A stretch of 7,561 nt of DNA. Source: Neisseria lactamica. Lineage in GTDB: Bacteria; Pseudomonadota; Gammaproteobacteria; Burkholderiales; Neisseriaceae. Below are positions 6,453-7,561 of this stretch, one piece after another. The notes below the pieces were generated by a model. The model made no database searches. It saw only the letters and a list, made by a program, of their open reading frames with translations, and had not been told where the DNA came from. The stretch's first letter is position 1, and the number at the start of each line of letters is the position of its first letter. The stretch covers positions 1-7,561 of the forward strand of contig JUNU01000258.1 of the NCBI GenBank assembly GCA_001067655.1, written 5' to 3'. The position numbers and the translations under genes are program-made.

Positions 6453-6951
6453 TGCGCAAAACAAAGGCCCGGGCGGTTTAGGCAGCAAATCGACCAAAGT
6501 CAAAAACTGGACAAAAGAAATGCCGAATCGTCTGACCATCCTAAAGATTGAATATCATCATAGCCGCATAGCAGGCTGAATAAATAAGGAAAATGCAATG
6601 AATGTAATAGGATTGGATATTTCAAAAGACACCATAGACGTAACATTGATTACGGCCAAAGGCGAAATGGACTATATAAAAATCGGAAACAGTCATGAAG
6701 GTTTTGAAAAACTGATTGACTGGATAAAAACTAAGCGAGTTAGAAAAATTGCTATAAGCATGGAGGCAACAGGCGTTTATTACGAACAGGCGGCGGAATA
6801 CTTGAGCGCAGTCTATACCGTTTACGTCATCAATCCACTGAAAATCAAAGATTACGCAAAAAGCCAGTTCAGCCATACCAAAACAGACAAAGCAGATTCA
6901 AAGCTGATAGCCGATTATGCAAAACGGCATTTAGATAAATTGACACCGTTT

Positions 6952-6963
6952 AGGCCGTCTGAA
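6952..6963 (+). other. Neisseria DNA uptake sequence, 12-mer AGGCCGTCTGAA (canonical 10-mer core GCCGTCTGAA)
   Basis: Exact GCCGTCTGAA at 6954-6963, preceded by AG, inside the recombinase N-domain coding sequence. Confidence 0.8.
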
Positions 6964-7520
6964 AATCCAACGTTGTATAAACTGATAAACCTGCTTCATC
7001 AACTCAAGCAACAGAAGCACGAAAGCCAAAACAGGCTGCATACCGCAAGACCTGTTTATACGATCAATCCACGAAACAATCATTCTGCTGCTTTCAAAGA
7101 AAATAGATGAAACATACAAACGAATAGACAGTACGATTAAGCAGCAAGAAAACTTGAATGCCAAGTATCAGAACCTGCAAACTATACCCGCCATAGGCAA
7201 AGATACCGCTGCAATCTTACTTAGACACCTGACGGATAAAACCTTCAGAACAGCAAACCAATTCGTATCATTCGCCGGATTAAGTCCCAAAATTGAACAG
7301 TCTGGCAGCAGCGTGAATAAAAAAGGCAGATTGAGCAGATACGGACATCGACAAATAAAACGCGCCTTGTTCATGCCCGCTTTGGTTGCCTATCGGATAA
7401 ACGCATTTCCGCAATTGGTCAAAAACTTGGAAGCGGCCAAAAAACCGAAGATGGTCGTAATAGTCGCCATAATGCGTAAACTCGCAAAAATAGCCTACTA
7501 CATCTATAAGAGACCTTTGC

Positions 7521-7550
7521 AAAATTCCCCAAAATCCCCTAAATTCCCAC
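7521..7550 (+). repeat. Three tandem imperfect 10-bp repeats carrying ATTCCC / ATCCCC motifs (dRS3 half-site-like)
   Basis: aaaattcccc / aaaatcccct / aaattcccac at 7521-7530, 7531-7540 and 7541-7550. ATTCCC occurs at 7524-7529 and 7543-7548. They lie at the extreme 3' end of the recombinase reading frame. Confidence 0.6.
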
Positions 7551-7561
7551 CAAGACATTTA

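Larger units (their letters stand above)
1..7561 (+). mobile_element. Near-complete Nf/MDA-like filamentous (Inoviridae-type) prophage of Neisseria; boundaries not resolved within the window
   Basis: Co-directional, tightly packed or overlapping genes in Ff/CTXphi order (rep, small ORFs, pVIII-like coat, pIII/TspB-like, pVI-like, Zot/pI-like). An IS110-family recombinase gene follows, as described for Neisseria Nf prophages. Neisseria DUS 12-mers are present. Confidence 0.85.
6598..7561 (+). pseudogene. IS110-family (PivNM/Irg-like, DEDD) transposase/recombinase, frameshifted and truncated by the window edge
   Basis: Frame 1 (6598-7110) gives the DEDD N-domain: IGLDISKD, ISMEATGVYY, VYVINPLKIKDY, KTDKADSKLIADYA. 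Frame 2 is open from 6989 to the window end. It gives the C-domain: DLFIRSIHETIILLL...LQTIPAIGKDTAAILL...FAGLSPKIEQSGSSVNKKGRLSRYGHRQIKRALFMPALVA...AIMRKLAKIAYYIY. The two frames join near 7045-7051 (gca aga cct versus gac ctg). AAGGA RBS lies 7 nt upstream of ATG 6598. No stop codon occurs before position 7561. Confidence 0.85.

Noticed and set aside
6577-6585. Extended -10-like motif TGaATAAAT upstream of the recombinase gene
   Set aside because: It would place the transcription start at or beyond the AAGGA RBS (6586-6590), and I found no matching -35. I made no promoter call. I also could not support sigma70 promoters upstream of rep or the coat gene.
7040-7055. Programmed ribosomal frameshift as the explanation for the split recombinase
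   Set aside because: There is no slippery heptamer or homopolymer at the junction (ccgcaagacctg). As far as I know, IS110-family transposases do not use recoding. An indel or a sequencing error is more parsimonious.
7521-7550. Short tandem repeats considered as a CRISPR array or Correia element
   Set aside because: The units are 10 bp with no spacers, so this is not a CRISPR array. No Correia-type terminal repeat is visible anywhere in the window.
7168-7558. Minus-strand ORFs 7168..7374 and 7280..7558
   Set aside because: They are antisense to the + strand frame that encodes an unmistakable IS110-family C-terminal domain (IPAIGKDTAAILL, AGLSPKIEQSGSS).

Overview
Almost the whole window is one filamentous (Inovirus-like) prophage of the Neisseria Nf / MDA / NgoPhi6-9 type, with every gene on the + strand. 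The order follows Ff and CTXphi: a small upstream ORF, a Rep_trans/RstA-type rolling-circle replication initiator, two small ORFs (one at the position of the ssDNA-binding protein), a textbook pVIII-like major coat protein, a 103-aa membrane-anchored ORF, a 593-aa TspB/pIII-like adsorption protein, a pVI-like small membrane protein, a Zot/pI-like assembly ATPase, and a very AT-rich 63-aa two-TM ORF. A structured 370-nt non-coding region follows, containing a perfect 21-bp inverted repeat and a strong rho-independent terminator. Last comes an IS110-family (PivNM/Irg-like, DEDD) recombinase gene, interrupted by a frameshift near 7048 and running off the 3' edge. The window holds no secretin gene, rRNA, tRNA or CRISPR array. 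The points most worth follow-up are: (1) the non-coding region upstream of the IS110-type recombinase as a candidate bridge/seek-RNA locus; (2) the frameshifted recombinase; (3) the 21-bp hairpin as a candidate packaging signal or origin; (4) the roughly 29% GC moron-like ORF; (5) a C6/G7 hairpin inside the 5' end of rep; (6) ATTCCC decamer repeats at the right edge that resemble dRS3 half-sites; (7) two different DUS dialect 12-mers. All family assignments come from motif and architecture recognition by eye; no database search was possible.
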